From: Nemertoderma westbladi
Taxonomy: Eukaryota > Animalia > Xenacoelomorpha
Length of the DNA: 64,000 nt
Assembly (NCBI GenBank): GCA_032718475.1
Contig: JAUCBJ010000751.1
Location: forward strand, 1 to 64,000
Reading direction: 5' to 3'
A program made the translations under genes and the position numbers. The notes below the pieces were generated by a model that was given only the letters and a program-made list of their open reading frames with translations, was not told the origin of the DNA and did not search any database. This document shows, piece after piece, positions 1 to 12,431 of this stretch (position 1 is its first letter; each line of letters opens with the position of its first letter).

Positions 1-68
1 TCGGGTTTTCAAAAGTTTTTACGTTAAAGTTAAACTACAAATGCTACCTTATAGTGAAATAATTCATC

Positions 69-3000
69 AAACTAACCTTACTGGAAAAGAGAACTGTTTA
101 TAAACTAACCTTACTGACAGAGAACTGTTTATAAACTAACCTTACTGACAGAGAACTGTTTATAAACGAACCTTACTGGCAGAGAACTGTTTATAAACGA
201 ACCTTACTGGCACATAACTGTTTATAAACTAACCTTACTGGCACATAACTGTTTATAAACTAACCTTATTGGCAGAGAACTGTTTATAAACTAACCTTAC
301 TGGCAGAGAACTGTTTATAAACTAACCTTACTGGCAGAGAACTGTTTACAAACTAACCTTACTGGCTGAGAACTGTTTATAAACTAACCTTACTGACAGA
401 TAACTGTTTATAAACTAACCTTACTGACTGAGAACTGTTTATAAACGAACCTTACTGGCAGATAACTGTTTATAAACTAACCTTACTGGCAGATAACTGT
501 TTATAAACTAACCTTACTGGCAGATAACTGTTTATAAACTAACTTTACTGGCAGAGAACTGTTTAAAACTAACCTTACTGACAGAGAACTGTTTATAAAC
601 TAACCTTACTGGCAGATAACTGTTTATGAACTAACCTTACTGGCAGAGAACTGTTTATAAACTAACCTTACTGGCAGAGAACTGTTTATAAACTAACCTT
701 ACTGACAGATAACTGTTTATAAACTAACCTTACTGGCAGAAAACTGTTTATAAACTAACCTTATTGGCAGATAACTGTTTATAAACTCTCCTTACTGGCA
801 GAGAACTGTTTATAAACTAACCTTACTGACAGATAACTGTTTATAAACTAACCTTACTGGAAAAGAGAACTGTTTATAAACTAACCTTACTGACAGAGAA
901 CTGTTTATAAACTAACCTTACTGACAGAGAACTGTTTATAAACTAACCTTACTGGCAGAGAACTGTTTATAAACGAACCTTACTGGCACATAACTGTTTA
1001 TAAACTAACCTTACTGGCACATAACTGTTTATAAACTAACCTTATTGGCAGAGAACTGTTTATAAACTAACCTTACTGGCAGAGAACTGTTTATAAACTA
1101 ACCTTACTGGCAGAGAACTGTTTACAAACTAACCTTACTGGCTGAGAACTGTTTATAAACTAACCTTACTGACAGATAACTGTTTATAAACTAACCTTAC
1201 TGGCAGAGAACTGTTTATAAACTAACCTTACAGACAGAGAACTGTTTATAAACTAACCTTACTGACAGAGAACTGTTTATAAACTAACCTTACTGACAGA
1301 GAACTGTTTATAAACTAACTTACTGACAGAGAACTGTTTATAAACTAACCTTACTGGCAGAAAACTGTTTATAAACTAACCTTACTGGCAAAGAACTGTT
1401 TATAAACTAACTTACTGACAGAGAACTGTTTATAAACAAACCTTACTGACAGAGAACTGTTTATAAACTAACCTTACTGGCAGAAAACTGTTTATAAACT
1501 AACCTTACTGGCAGAGAACTGTTTATAAACTAACCTTACTGGCAGAGACCTGAGTATAAACTAACCTTACTGGCAGAGAACTGTTTATAAACTAACCTTA
1601 CTGGCAGAGAACTGTTTATAAACTAACCTTACTGGCAGAGAACTGTTTACAAACTAACCTTACTGACAGATAACTGTTTATAAACTAACCTTACTAGCAG
1701 AGAACTGTTTATAAACTAACCTTACTGGCAGAGAACTGTGTATAAACTAACCTTACTGGCAGAGAACTGTTTATAAACTAACCTTACTGGCAGAGAACTG
1801 TTTATAAACTAACTTTACTGGCAGAGAACTGTTTATAAACTAACCTTACTGACAGATAACTGTTTATAAACTAACCTTACTGGCAGAGAACTGTTTATAA
1901 ACTAACCTTACTGACAGAGAACTGTTTATAAACTAACCTTACTGGGAGAGAACTGTTTATAAACTAACCTTACTGGCAGAGAACTGTTTATAAACTAACC
2001 TTACTGACAGATAACTGTTTATAAACTAACCTTACTGACAGAGAACTGTTTATAAACTAACCTTACTGGGAGAGAACTGTTTATAAACTAACCTTACTGG
2101 CAGAGAACTGTTTATAAACTAACCTTACTGGCTGAGAACTGTTTATAAACTAACCTTACTGACAGATAACTGTTTATAAACTAACCTTACTGGCAGAGAA
2201 CTGTTTATAAACTAACCTTACTGGCAGAAAACTGTTTATAAACTAACCTTACTGGCAGAGAGCTGTTTATAAACTAACTTACTGACAGAGAACTGTTTAT
2301 AAACTAACCTTACTGGCAGAGAACTGTTTATAAACTAACCTTACTGGCAGAGACCTGAGTATAAACTAACCTTACTGGCAGAGAACTGTTTATAAACTAA
2401 CCTTACTGGCAGAGAACTGTTTATAAACTAACCTTACTGGCAGAGAACTGTTTACAAACTAACCTTACTGACAGATAACTGTTTATAAACTAACCTTACT
2501 GGCAGAGAACTGTTTATAAACTAACCTTACTGGCAGAGAACTGTGTATAAACTAACCTTACTGGCAGACTGTTTATAAACTAACCTTACTGGCAGAGAAC
2601 TGTTTATAAACTAACTTTACTGGCAGAGAACTGTTTATAAACTAACCTTACTGACAGATAACTGTTTATAAACTAACCTTACTGACAGATAACTGTTTAT
2701 AAACTAACCTTACTGGAAAAGAGAACTGTTTATAAACTAACCTTACTGACAGAGAACTGTTTATAAACTAACCTTACTGACAGAGAACTGTTTATAAACT
2801 AACCTTACTGGCAGAGAACTGTTTATAAACGAACCTTACTGGCACATAACTGTTTATAAACTAACCTTACTGGCACATAACTGTTTATAAACTAACCTTA
2901 TTGGCAGAGAACTGTTTATAAACTAACCTTACTGGCAGAGAACTGTTTATAAACTAACCTTACTGGCAGAGAACTGTTTACAAACTAACCTTACTGGCTG

Positions 3001-3188
3001 AGAACTGTTTATAAACTAACCTTACTGACAGATAACTGTTTATAAACTAACCTTACTGGCAGAGAACTGTTTATAAACTAACCTTACAGACAGAGAACTG
3101 TTTATAAACTAACCTTACTGACAGAGAACTGTTTATAAACTAACCTTACTGACTGAGAACTGTTTATAAACGAACCTTACTGGCAGAT
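69..3188. repeat. 31-bp satellite array, segment 1 (consensus AAACTAACCTTACTGGCAGAGAACTGTTTAT)
   Basis: Head-to-tail 31-nt monomers with recurring point variants (GGC/GAC, GAG/GAT, CACAT, GAAAAG). The left edge follows unique sequence at ~69. Confidence 0.98.
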
Positions 3189-3876
3189 TGTAAGAGCGGT
3201 TTCTATGCTCTTGTGTATAAAACAATAAGATGATCTATGTGATTGTAATATGTTCAACTATAGTTGGATTTCACCCAGTTTACACGGTTACGTCCCATAA
3301 AGAAGAATAATTTGTTTATTTGATTGGGAATTAGGAGCGTATTTATTATAGAAAATATATAAGATAATAATATACGATTATAAGCGGTAAGGGGTAATAA
3401 GATAACGGAAACATAAGAACATTAATACATAATAAGAGATCTAATAATATAAACGTAAAATATCGTAAGAGTCAAGAATACAAAGTAATAAAGAGTGTTA
3501 ATAGGGGGAGTTTCCGTTTGGGAAACTGCGGAATGAGATGAACTATAGTGAATGAGTAATGTTGAGCACGGTAAGCTGTAGAAATACAGTAAAGTAATAA
3601 TAGGGGTGACAGTGTGGTGGGCCTTGATTGGTTAATGGGTAATAAAGGATTGTAGCGCAGTGGAGATACCTACCTAATGTGGCTGAACAGGAGTGAAGGG
3701 AAGAATACAGCTGTTTATCTGTATAGGATAAACGGCTGTGAATGGGGGCAGACAATAATGGTCGAATGAGTATGTTGGAGATGAGATAGATATTGGTTTG
3801 CAACAATAAGCTGGGAGAATGGGCGGTAATGTAATGATAATATAATTTTAATGTTTGAGAGCGATCCGCCACTACA
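3189..3876 (-). repeat. 3' LTR of BEL family A
   Basis: TGTAAGAGCGG...CCGCCACTACA. Matches 12432-13119; I saw one substitution (CCTTGATT vs CCTTAATT). Confidence 0.97.
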
Positions 3877-3890
3877 GTCCCCCTTAAAAA
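3877..3890 (-). promoter_or_regulatory. Polypurine tract of BEL family A
   Basis: Minus strand reads TTTTTAAGGGGGAC immediately before the 3' LTR. Confidence 0.8.
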
Positions 3891-4555
3891 TTTTCAAATT
3901 TTTACACGATATCTGGACTTAAAATTGCAAATAATCGAAGGAACATCTTGTCCCACTTAAATAATATTGATCTATGGCCTTTATATTTTACCTCGGTGGA
4001 CGAACTGGACATACAAAACAAAGATTACATACAGGACATACATTTAAAAGTATGGGTAAACCATACGAATGACAGATAAACATAAAGGAAACATATATGA
4101 CGTACATTTAAAAGTATGGAGTTGCCATACGAGTGAAATAGACGTACAGAAGACAACACATATAACACAGAGGACAAACATTTAAAAGTATGGATATACC
4201 ATACAAAGGAGATAAGAAGCTCCTTGGTATCTAAAGGGTCATTGAAGGTCAAAGATCAACATTATTAATACAATACTTAAGGAAGGTAATTTGTTCAGTA
4301 ATGTATTTGACGAAGTTAAGATACGTGTAATATCCAAATAATGTATCGTCAATTTTGTAAAATTAAGTTAAATTGTTTAGAATATATCTCATCTTACGGA
4401 CATTATGAAAATAGGAAACGATAAACAATTATTACACAATGATTTAGGATTACAGATTAGGTTGTTAGGAGTGTGGTGATAGATTAGTTAGAGTAACTAC
4501 TATAAGGTGAATAAATTCAAAATACTTATGAATTACACCACTACATTACATTGTT

Positions 4556-4632
4556 TACAATGTACCCTGTAAGCTCGACCTTACAATGTACCCTGTAAGC
4601 TCGACCTTACAATGTACCCTGTAAGCTCGACC
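4556..4632. repeat. Three copies of a 26-bp tandem repeat in the 3' UTR of BEL family A
   Basis: TACAATGTACCCTGTAAGCTCGACCT repeated three times. Confidence 0.9.
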
Positions 4633-4913
4633 ATCACCAATTGACACGGTTAATACTTAATAATATCTTTACCAATGGATCTCTAGTTATAATTTTAAAG
4701 TTCGTTGCTTATAGTTCCATTTAACCGAGTTCAATATGCATCCTTCAGTGGTAGTCAACTAAGATGTGGACGACCATCACATCATACCCAGGAATTTTGG
4801 TAGCTAAAACCTAAAAGGAAATTAAGGGAAATTATTTAATATTTGATAAGTATACAAGGTATGCTGGTTTATTAGTTAATTTAATTATAATTAATTTTAG
4901 TAGCAGTTTATTG

Positions 4914-5990
4914 TTACTTATTTATTTCCTCTAAGAGGCATAGTTTATCAAGTGGTCTTTTGTAAACTCCCAAGGAGGTTTTTACTTCAACTGATCTAAT
5001 TAACCCCACATCATCAGGGTATACTTGCGTTATACGACCCACACTCCAACTACTGCGTGTTTGACCTTCATCTACAAGCAATACGACATCGCCTACTGCA
5101 AGGTTGTTGCGAACACGTGTCCACTTCTGTCTTGATTGAAGTGTCACTAAGTATTCGCGTACCCAGCGGGTCCAAAAATGATTGGCTAGTAACTGAGCCT
5201 GGCGCCATTTACGAGTTGAGTATGTATCACTGTCGTAGATGGGACCTGGTGGTAAATTGTAAGCAGGGCGCTGTAATAGAAGGTGGTTCGGAGTTAATAT
5301 TTCATCAGCTTTAGGGTCATCGGTACTAAGGCACAAGGGGCGGCTGTTTAGAATGCACTCTACTTCTGCTAATGATGTCACTAACACGTCATCTGTGACA
5401 AGAGAATTTCCAAGGACCTGAAACAGAACTTGTTTGATTGAACGGATCAGCCGTTCATATACACCACCCATATGGGGGGCGTACGGTGTTATAAATTTCC
5501 ATGTAATGCCCTTTGGGCGCAGGGCAATATCGATCTGATGTTCCCATAGTTCCAGGTTTTGCCGTAATTCTGAATCGGCACCTACGAAGTTTCCCCCATT
5601 GTCTGAAACTATTTCCTTTGGCGAACCTCTCCGTGCTTTAAAACGGGAGAACACATTGATAAAGGCATCAGCTGATGCATCAGCAGCTACATCGAGGTGT
5701 ACTGCTCTACAGTTAAGGCACGTAAAGATAAAGGCATAACGCTTTATAGAACCTCTCCCGTATTTGACCTTTAGTGGACCAAACATATCAACGGCTGAAA
5801 ACGTAAATGGCGGCTCATATGGGGTCAGTCTAGAGGACGGCAATGGCGCCATAAGCTGATTCACACGTGGAGCCTTACATTGCCGACATTTAAAGCACTT
5901 AGGTATTAAAGACTTGCAGAAAGTGATAAGGCCAGGGATCCAATAGGATTCCCTTACCTTGGCAACTACTTGGTTGGGACCGGCATGTAA
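4914..5990 (-). CDS. BEL/Pao integrase, separated from pol by a 1-nt frameshift
   Basis: Frame extends upstream of the listed ORF through LHAG...YWIP...CFKC (HHCC finger). DDE core AVDMFGP / SDNGGNF / GGVYERLI; C-terminal WTRWVREYL...W..GRITQVYP typical of BEL. Confidence 0.95.
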   Translation of the reverse strand, partial: LHAGPNQVVAKVRESYWIPGLITFCKSLIPKCFKCRQCKAPRVNQLMAPLPSSRLTPYEPPFTFSAVDMFGPLKVKYGRGSIKRYAFIFTCLNCRAVHLDVAADASADAFINVFSRFKARRGSPKEIVSDNGGNFVGADSELRQNLELWEHQIDIALRPKGITWKFITPYAPHMGGVYERLIRSIKQVLFQVLGNSLVTDDVLVTSLAEVECILNSRPLCLSTDDPKADEILTPNHLLLQRPAYNLPPGPIYDSDTYSTRKWRQAQLLANHFWTRWVREYLVTLQSRQKWTRVRNNLAVGDVVLLVDEGQTRSSWSVGRITQVYPDDVGLIRSVEVKTSLGVYKRPLDKLCLLEEINK

Positions 5991-5991
5991 T

Positions 5992-8900
5992 TTAATAGAT
6001 GTGCCAGTGCCATACTATGACATTTGTAAGTGGGTGTAACTTACTCAAAATTATAGGGTGTTTTGTATCGTAGGATACTGGGGCGGAGGTAATGCGGCCA
6101 CCTACCCGCAATAAACCATCCTGAGTTAGGATTGGGGCTAGATTAGCTAGTGGGCTTGAGCAAGCTACTGGGGATGAATGCAGTAACATTTGAATTTCGT
6201 TGGGATAGGATTGCCTCTGTGAGAAATAAATTAGACATCGTCCAGCATGGTGACGTTCACTTACCGAGACAAATTTCCCTTTAAGATTTAAGACCGAATT
6301 TGGATTTAAAGAATACTTGCAAAGACGTAAGATCCATGCGAACAGAGTCTGTAATTTATTCCATGACGAATGTTTAGCTATAAGTGAACCTATAGCATTA
6401 AATGCTGTGTTAGAATCAATGTGGACATTAAGAATTATTTCAGTGTCAGGATTGTGGTATGGTGTCTGTTCTTCGACAACTATGTCAAACCAGAAGTCTG
6501 TCATGGTGATGTCATCGTTATAATCAATATCAGATGATACCAATATATGAGAAGTTAACACATCTGGGTTATTGATTAGTGTATTAGTGATAGTTTCTGG
6601 GCATATGGTTGACACTGTCGTCCATGTTTCCTCAGGCTGAACGAGAAAAGGAGGCCCATGCCACCATTTCTGTGAATTAATGAGCTTGACTGCTGTAAGC
6701 CCACGAGTAATGTCATCTGCAGGGTTTAAATGACCAGGTACATGTTGCCATTGTGAACTGGTTGTACGATCAAGGATATACTTAGCGCGGTTGTGAACAA
6801 AACATCGAAATTGCTTGACGGTGTTGTTTATGTACCCAAGTACGACAGTAGAGTCTGTCCAAAAATAACATTTAGCGATTGGTAAGTCTAGGGATTCTAA
6901 CACAGTTTCACTTACCTGTGCTGCTAAAACTGCAGCTTGGAGCTCTAATCGGGGAACTGAATGTCCAGAGGCTGTACGAACTAACTTACCTTTGCTGAAA
7001 ACGAAAGATGAATTTATTTCATTTTCACTTACAGATCGGATGTACAATACTGTACCGTAGGCCACTTTAGAAGCGTCTGAGAAAATATGTAGCTGGTAGT
7101 TGATTGGACCCGAATGGACGGGTATGTACATCCTAGGGATTTCCAGTTCGCTAAGCATAGGAAGTTGATCTCGCCACTTCATCCATTGACGTGCTGTATC
7201 TGGTGGGAGTGGGGTATCCCAGTCTAATTCCATTGACCACATTTTTGCTATAACTAATCGACCTGCTATGATTAAAGGCAAGATGAAGTTAATGGGATCG
7301 TACAATGAGCTAGTCAAAGAGACGCATCCCCGTTTAGTTAATGGTGTGTTTTTAAGCACATAGGAGAATATGAAGTTATTTGAATTTGTGTCCCAGGAAA
7401 CTCCAAGGGCACGGGTTATAGGAAGATTATCAAAATCTAAGTTAATGAAGGATTTTGCCTTTTCTGAATCGGGAAAGGCATCTAGGAATTGTCTAGAATT
7501 GGAGGCAAATTTTGTGAGGTGAAAGCCACCTAATTTGAGGCAATCTACCATCCCAGAAGCGATGTGAATAGCTTCGGAGACAGATGCTGCACTTTTGAGG
7601 CCATCATCCACATACATGTGGCGATTAATGGCATCAATTACCTCCGGGCTAAAATGACTGGCATTATCAATAGCAGTTCGTTTGACTGATCCTGATGCCA
7701 CAAAGGATGAATCGCATGCACCAAATATATGTACTAACATTTGGTAAGTCTCCACTGTGGTAGAGCCATCGGGCTGCCACAAAAAGCGAAGACTATCGGC
7801 ATCGCCTGGTGTGACTCTCACCTGGTGGTACATTTCCTTTATGTCGCAGGTGAAAGCCACAGGATATTGTCGAAAACGCAAAAGAATTCCAATAAGGCTA
7901 CTGGTGAGATTAGGGCCTTCTAACAGTTGACTATTGAGGGACATCCCTCGGTATAAGGCAGCAGCATCATTTACGATCCTTATCTCACCAGGCTTGTTGG
8001 GATTCTCAACAAAATGATGGGCGAGGTAATATGTCTGTGGCCCTGGGGTTATCTCACATGGTAGGAGTTTGCGAGCATAACCCTTCAAGACATAATCGTC
8101 TATTTTTTGTTGATAAAGGGCATGGATATGTGGCTTACGATGTAGCTGACGGATTAAATATGCGAAACGGGATTTTGCCATATTATAATTATTAATTAAT
8201 AATGGAGGTGAGTCCCTCCAGAGCATTCCTACCTGATAGTGACCATCCACTAGACGCATTGACTTAGAAAACATTTCTAATGCTTTTAAGTCATCCATGG
8301 ATGGTGATAGAAACTCATCGATGAGGGGTGAGGGTTTTGGGTCTGAAGGTGAACTTTCAGCAAAACTCTGAAATTTCATCCATTGAGTGACCTGTTTAGA
8401 GATGTCGCGGTCTGTGCAAGGGTCATTGACTGTGATGTGATTAAACTGTGTTACTGTACTATTGGGTTCAACTGCTTTACAGCTCACAGGACCGATTATG
8501 CACCATCCAAATGGTGTCCTAATTGCAGAGGGATTAGGGTTCCCAGCCTTTGGGAATACATGTACATCCCTAGCTAGGGCCTCAGGATGGTTACCACCAA
8601 CCAGAATTGTGATTGATGGGATATCAAGATTAGGGCAGCATGTCACATATGGCAATATGTGATCTAAGTGCTGGAGCGTTTTAGGACACAGTTGTGTTAC
8701 GTCATATGAGTAATCCCTTTTGAAATCGGGGACTACAAATACTTGAGGCATGTTGATGACAAAATTGGGTTTAATTTCTGGCTGTCCTTTGATAGGTGAG
8801 ATACTACATGATATTTCCCCTAGAGAAACAGACATATTTGATTGGAAGACAGTACTGACATTAAGAGAAGTTGTTTCGGTAATGATACCAAGAGTATCGG

Positions 8901-11900
8901 TTACATTTTTGTCAACAAATGTCGCAGTAGACCCATCATCAAGAAGTGCATATGTAGTGAGTGATTTATTGGCAATGCATATGGTTACTGGGACTACTGA
9001 TAACCATACGGGTTGTACTTTGGCAATTGATAAGTGTACAGACATGGAATTGGTTGAACTTTGTGCGCTGATGTTGCCACCTTTAGATTTTGGTCGGTCG
9101 GTGTGGCTACCAGAGCTCTCACTACTCGCATGGTCCTTGACACTCTGTTTCGATTTATTGGAATCGGAAGCCTTTGAAAATACATACGCACCATGTAATA
9201 AGGTATTGTGTTTTCCTTTGCAATCGGGAGCAAAACACACATCAACAGATTTGCAGTCCGGAATAAGATGTGAATTTGCAAAACATCGAAAGCACAACTG
9301 GTATGAACGTACGCAGTTTAACCGTTCTTGTGGTGTAAGATTTAGAAAGGTTTTGCATTGACTGATTTTATGCCCATGTTGTTTACAGCATGGGCAGGGG
9401 TGGGATTTTAACACTTTGGGATTATTACCGACCCCTGAAGTAACTGGGATATGTACTTCAGTGGCCAAGGTTGTAACCTTTGGGCGAGGCTCAAATGAGC
9501 CACGGTCAACTATACTATAAACAGGGTCATTTATAATATCGGCTTCATTGTCAAGGAAGTCCGCAAGCTCATTGAGAGTGGGTTCCCTTTGAGAACGAGC
9601 ACGAATACCGTGAGCAACTCGACGCCATCTTGCAAGATGCTCAGTTGGTAGGTTAGAGGCAACTTGTTTGAGGTTCGAGGTAGCATTCATTTCATGACTG
9701 TTGCTTAAGTGCTGAAGAATGGTAACCTTACTTCTTACCTTATCAGCATAGTCACGAAGTTTTTCCCTTTTTATTCCAAAAGATCCATTTAAATCTACAG
9801 AAGAGACGAGATCTCTTAGTGTAGCTTCAATGATTACACTAGGGTGACCATAACGTTTATGCAAGGTCTCCCAAGCCTTAGTGTAACCATTTGAAAGTCC
9901 TTCATAAGCCTCAACTAGCTCATGAGGTTTGCCAGACGTATATTGTAAAAGGTACTGCAATTTTTCCACATCAGAAAAATCACGTAAGTCGATATGGGCC
10001 TTAAAGGTAGCCACAAAAGATATATACTTAGCTGAATCACCACTAAATTTTGTAGGTTCAGGGCGTGGCAAGGATAGCTTAGTATTTAATTTGCCTAAGG
10101 CATCTAGGGTGTGAGAGAGACCAGAATCTTGTAAGGCAAAATCTGATGGTGCACCATTGTGTGGGTTGGATAATGGGGACCCTCCAAAATAGGCACCACT
10201 TTTTACTATAGTGGGGTCACCTGCAATGGAAATACAAGATCTATCATTAGGGTTCATGGATGTAATACTCGATAGTGCAGAAATAGGAGCATTTCTATCG
10301 AAATATACTGGACCATTGTGTCCCCCCATGGCAAATTGTACATGATTTGAATTAGGAGCATTTACTGCAGACTGACCAACAGAGATTGAACTAGCAGTTA
10401 CAGATGCTACAGGATTACATAAAAATCCAGGAGTCTCACTGTATTGATACTGTAGGCCAGTGGTACTATATGGGAAATATTGTCCCTCGTCATATAAGTT
10501 TTGTCCCCCCATGGTAAATGATGGGACGTGAGATATATTATGGGTATTGTATCGCGCAGAAGAGGCAAACTTGGGGCGCCTCTCTTGTGCAGATTGACCC
10601 GGAACATTGATGGGACATGATGGGACACTTTGACCTATGGGGTGGGAAGGGTGGGGGAATTGTCCCCCTATGGGGTATGTTGAAACATATATAGATGGAC
10701 ATGTAAGGCTATTTACATCAAGAGATGTAAATGCCACAGGCTCCTCTTGACTAGATTGTTCCTGGCTGGTAGTAAGATAGGATGGGACATATTGTCCTCC
10801 AGAAGTATAGGATGAATAAATGCATTGTCCGGCCGAGGAACTTCTAGGATATCTCTGAGAATACTGACTTAAGGAAGATGCAGTATTAAAAGGCGATGTT
10901 GGGGGTATAAAGAGACCAGTTGTACAAAAATTACCTAGTGGGATAATTTCAGAAACTCTACTATTAATTAGCGCACTAGTGGGTCTTATAGGAGACGTAA
11001 GAGAAAAAATTGGAAGTTGAGATGACACTACTGACGTTGTTTCTACAGTGACAGGGTAGGAATGAGATTGACTAGACTGCAGATTATTTTGTGCTGATTC
11101 ATAGGAATCTGAGGCACTCACATTAACAGGTAGGCCCGTGGTTGCTATGGCAACAGGGTCGACTGGAGACTCTGATTGGATCCTTGTATTAACAGTCACA
11201 TTATTGTTAAGATTACTTTCAGTTTGTACACCAATTGGTACGTCATACGTGGGAGATCTTTTTGGTGATTGTAAAAGCGCAGAAGCTACATAATCTGCTT
11301 CTGCTTCTCCAAATTCAGGTGATTTCAACTCTAAAGCTTCTTCAAGTGCTGCAAGTGCAAGAGCATCGCGTAGGCCACGTTCCTTTGCCAAGCGAGAAAT
11401 TTCTTTCTGTTGCCGCTCTGATTTTTGTAATAGCCGCTCTGATTTTTGTAATATCAATGTGTCAGCCTGATCTGCCTGAGCAGCTGCTCCTGACTGCTCG
11501 AGCTGTAGCAGGAGTAATTTTCGCTTGACTTTGGCACGATGAACTCGAACTGATGCGCTCGTCGAGGCTCGAGAATGTGCTGTAGAACCAGAGTGAGTTG
11601 AAATTGTTCGATTACGTTTGAGCTCGCCAACTTGCAATTGTTCATGAGATGATACATACTGTGGAACATCTGAAGACACAACTACAATAGGTATGGCGTT
11701 ACTCCGACATGTCTGGGTCTGAGTCACGGTCTGCTCATTGCTATTAATATATTCGCGAATGTCATTGAGTTTAGATTCAAGGTCTGACAGTACAGTTACT
11801 GATTGTGCAGCTAGCTCACGTGACACATCAGAAAAACCAAATCTTTCGAAATCGAAAGTTGATTTTTCATAGTGACTACACAAAGATTTGTATACATTAA

Positions 11901-12246
11901 TACAAGAATTAAATATAGAATCGATATTAGTAGGGTCGAATGTAGCAGACCTTTGAATGGTAAACTCATTGAAACGTCGTGTAAAATGAGCCTTATAACC
12001 AGCAATCGTTCTCTTTACGTGAGTTAGATTAGGTACTGAACTCTCACTAGACATTTCTACGGTAGGATTTACAACAGATGCAACAGGAGTTGGTGAGATA
12101 ACGTTTTCAATACGTGTAGATGTAAGAGGTGACTTACCAGACTGTGTGGATACATCAGATTCCGAAGCTGAATGAATTTCGTCGTCCATTTGAACACCTT
12201 TGTTGTCCATATTTGTATCCAAATTAAATAAAGGTGTCGTCTTCAA
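5992..12246 (-). CDS. BEL/Pao gag-pol polyprotein (Gag, three Zn knuckles, protease, RT, RNase H)
   Basis: Gag PTKFSGDSAKY...EKLQYLLQY; knuckles CPCCKQHGHKISQC, CFRCFANSHLIPDC, CFAPDCKGKHNTLLH; protease ALLDDGSTATF; RT DIKEMYHQV and YVDD; RNase H IFSDASKVAYG...WTDS...NPADDITRG. True start codon uncertain (TTG or a downstream ATG). Confidence 0.96.
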   Translation of the reverse strand: MKTTPLFNLDTNMDNKGVQMDDEIHSASESDVSTQSGKSPLTSTRIENVISPTPVASVVNPTVEMSSESSVPNLTHVKRTIAGYKAHFTRRFNEFTIQRSATFDPTNIDSIFNSCINVYKSLCSHYEKSTFDFERFGFSDVSRELAAQSVTVLSDLESKLNDIREYINSNEQTVTQTQTCRSNAIPIVVVSSDVPQYVSSHEQLQVGELKRNRTISTHSGSTAHSRASTSASVRVHRAKVKRKLLLLQLEQSGAAAQADQADTLILQKSERLLQKSERQQKEISRLAKERGLRDALALAALEEALELKSPEFGEAEADYVASALLQSPKRSPTYDVPIGVQTESNLNNNVTVNTRIQSESPVDPVAIATTGLPVNVSASDSYESAQNNLQSSQSHSYPVTVETTSVVSSQLPIFSLTSPIRPTSALINSRVSEIIPLGNFCTTGLFIPPTSPFNTASSLSQYSQRYPRSSSAGQCIYSSYTSGGQYVPSYLTTSQEQSSQEEPVAFTSLDVNSLTCPSIYVSTYPIGGQFPHPSHPIGQSVPSCPINVPGQSAQERRPKFASSARYNTHNISHVPSFTMGGQNLYDEGQYFPYSTTGLQYQYSETPGFLCNPVASVTASSISVGQSAVNAPNSNHVQFAMGGHNGPVYFDRNAPISALSSITSMNPNDRSCISIAGDPTIVKSGAYFGGSPLSNPHNGAPSDFALQDSGLSHTLDALGKLNTKLSLPRPEPTKFSGDSAKYISFVATFKAHIDLRDFSDVEKLQYLLQYTSGKPHELVEAYEGLSNGYTKAWETLHKRYGHPSVIIEATLRDLVSSVDLNGSFGIKREKLRDYADKVRSKVTILQHLSNSHEMNATSNLKQVASNLPTEHLARWRRVAHGIRARSQREPTLNELADFLDNEADIINDPVYSIVDRGSFEPRPKVTTLATEVHIPVTSGVGNNPKVLKSHPCPCCKQHGHKISQCKTFLNLTPQERLNCVRSYQLCFRCFANSHLIPDCKSVDVCFAPDCKGKHNTLLHGAYVFSKASDSNKSKQSVKDHASSESSGSHTDRPKSKGGNISAQSSTNSMSVHLSIAKVQPVWLSVVPVTICIANKSLTTYALLDDGSTATFVDKNVTDTLGIITETTSLNVSTVFQSNMSVSLGEISCSISPIKGQPEIKPNFVINMPQVFVVPDFKRDYSYDVTQLCPKTLQHLDHILPYVTCCPNLDIPSITILVGGNHPEALARDVHVFPKAGNPNPSAIRTPFGWCIIGPVSCKAVEPNSTVTQFNHITVNDPCTDRDISKQVTQWMKFQSFAESSPSDPKPSPLIDEFLSPSMDDLKALEMFSKSMRLVDGHYQVGMLWRDSPPLLINNYNMAKSRFAYLIRQLHRKPHIHALYQQKIDDYVLKGYARKLLPCEITPGPQTYYLAHHFVENPNKPGEIRIVNDAAALYRGMSLNSQLLEGPNLTSSLIGILLRFRQYPVAFTCDIKEMYHQVRVTPGDADSLRFLWQPDGSTTVETYQMLVHIFGACDSSFVASGSVKRTAIDNASHFSPEVIDAINRHMYVDDGLKSAASVSEAIHIASGMVDCLKLGGFHLTKFASNSRQFLDAFPDSEKAKSFINLDFDNLPITRALGVSWDTNSNNFIFSYVLKNTPLTKRGCVSLTSSLYDPINFILPLIIAGRLVIAKMWSMELDWDTPLPPDTARQWMKWRDQLPMLSELEIPRMYIPVHSGPINYQLHIFSDASKVAYGTVLYIRSVSENEINSSFVFSKGKLVRTASGHSVPRLELQAAVLAAQVSETVLESLDLPIAKCYFWTDSTVVLGYINNTVKQFRCFVHNRAKYILDRTTSSQWQHVPGHLNPADDITRGLTAVKLINSQKWWHGPPFLVQPEETWTTVSTICPETITNTLINNPDVLTSHILVSSDIDYNDDITMTDFWFDIVVEEQTPYHNPDTEIILNVHIDSNTAFNAIGSLIAKHSSWNKLQTLFAWILRLCKYSLNPNSVLNLKGKFVSVSERHHAGRCLIYFSQRQSYPNEIQMLLHSSPVACSSPLANLAPILTQDGLLRVGGRITSAPVSYDTKHPIILSKLHPLTNVIVWHWHIY

Positions 12247-12421
12247 AATTAAAGTCTAGCTACGGTAGTTAGAATCGCCTAAATAGACTGTAATACATAC
12301 CAACTTGGCTACAAAAGCTTAGTAACGTGGTATAGTAAAGAATTACTAAGAAATAAAATAATTAATATACAATTTAATTTATTTATTTATAATTGTAAAT
12401 TTCATAGAGTTTTATTTGAGT

Positions 12422-12431
12422 TTTCCCAAAC
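12422..12431 (-). promoter_or_regulatory. Non-tRNA primer-binding site of BEL family A (candidate self-priming PBS)
   Basis: Minus strand GTTTGGGAAA directly abuts the 5' LTR and is complementary to TTTCCCAAAC (minus strand) in the LTR at 12759-12768. Confidence 0.65.

Noticed and set aside
3543-3897. ORFs inside LTRs (also 12867-13115, 18967-19206, 39290-39475, 50152-50435)
   Set aside because: No recognisable domains, and broken differently between LTR copies.
3891-4913. env gene in the 1-kb 3' region of BEL family A
   Set aside because: Only a 75-aa ORF over short degenerate repeats; no signal peptide or glycoprotein features.
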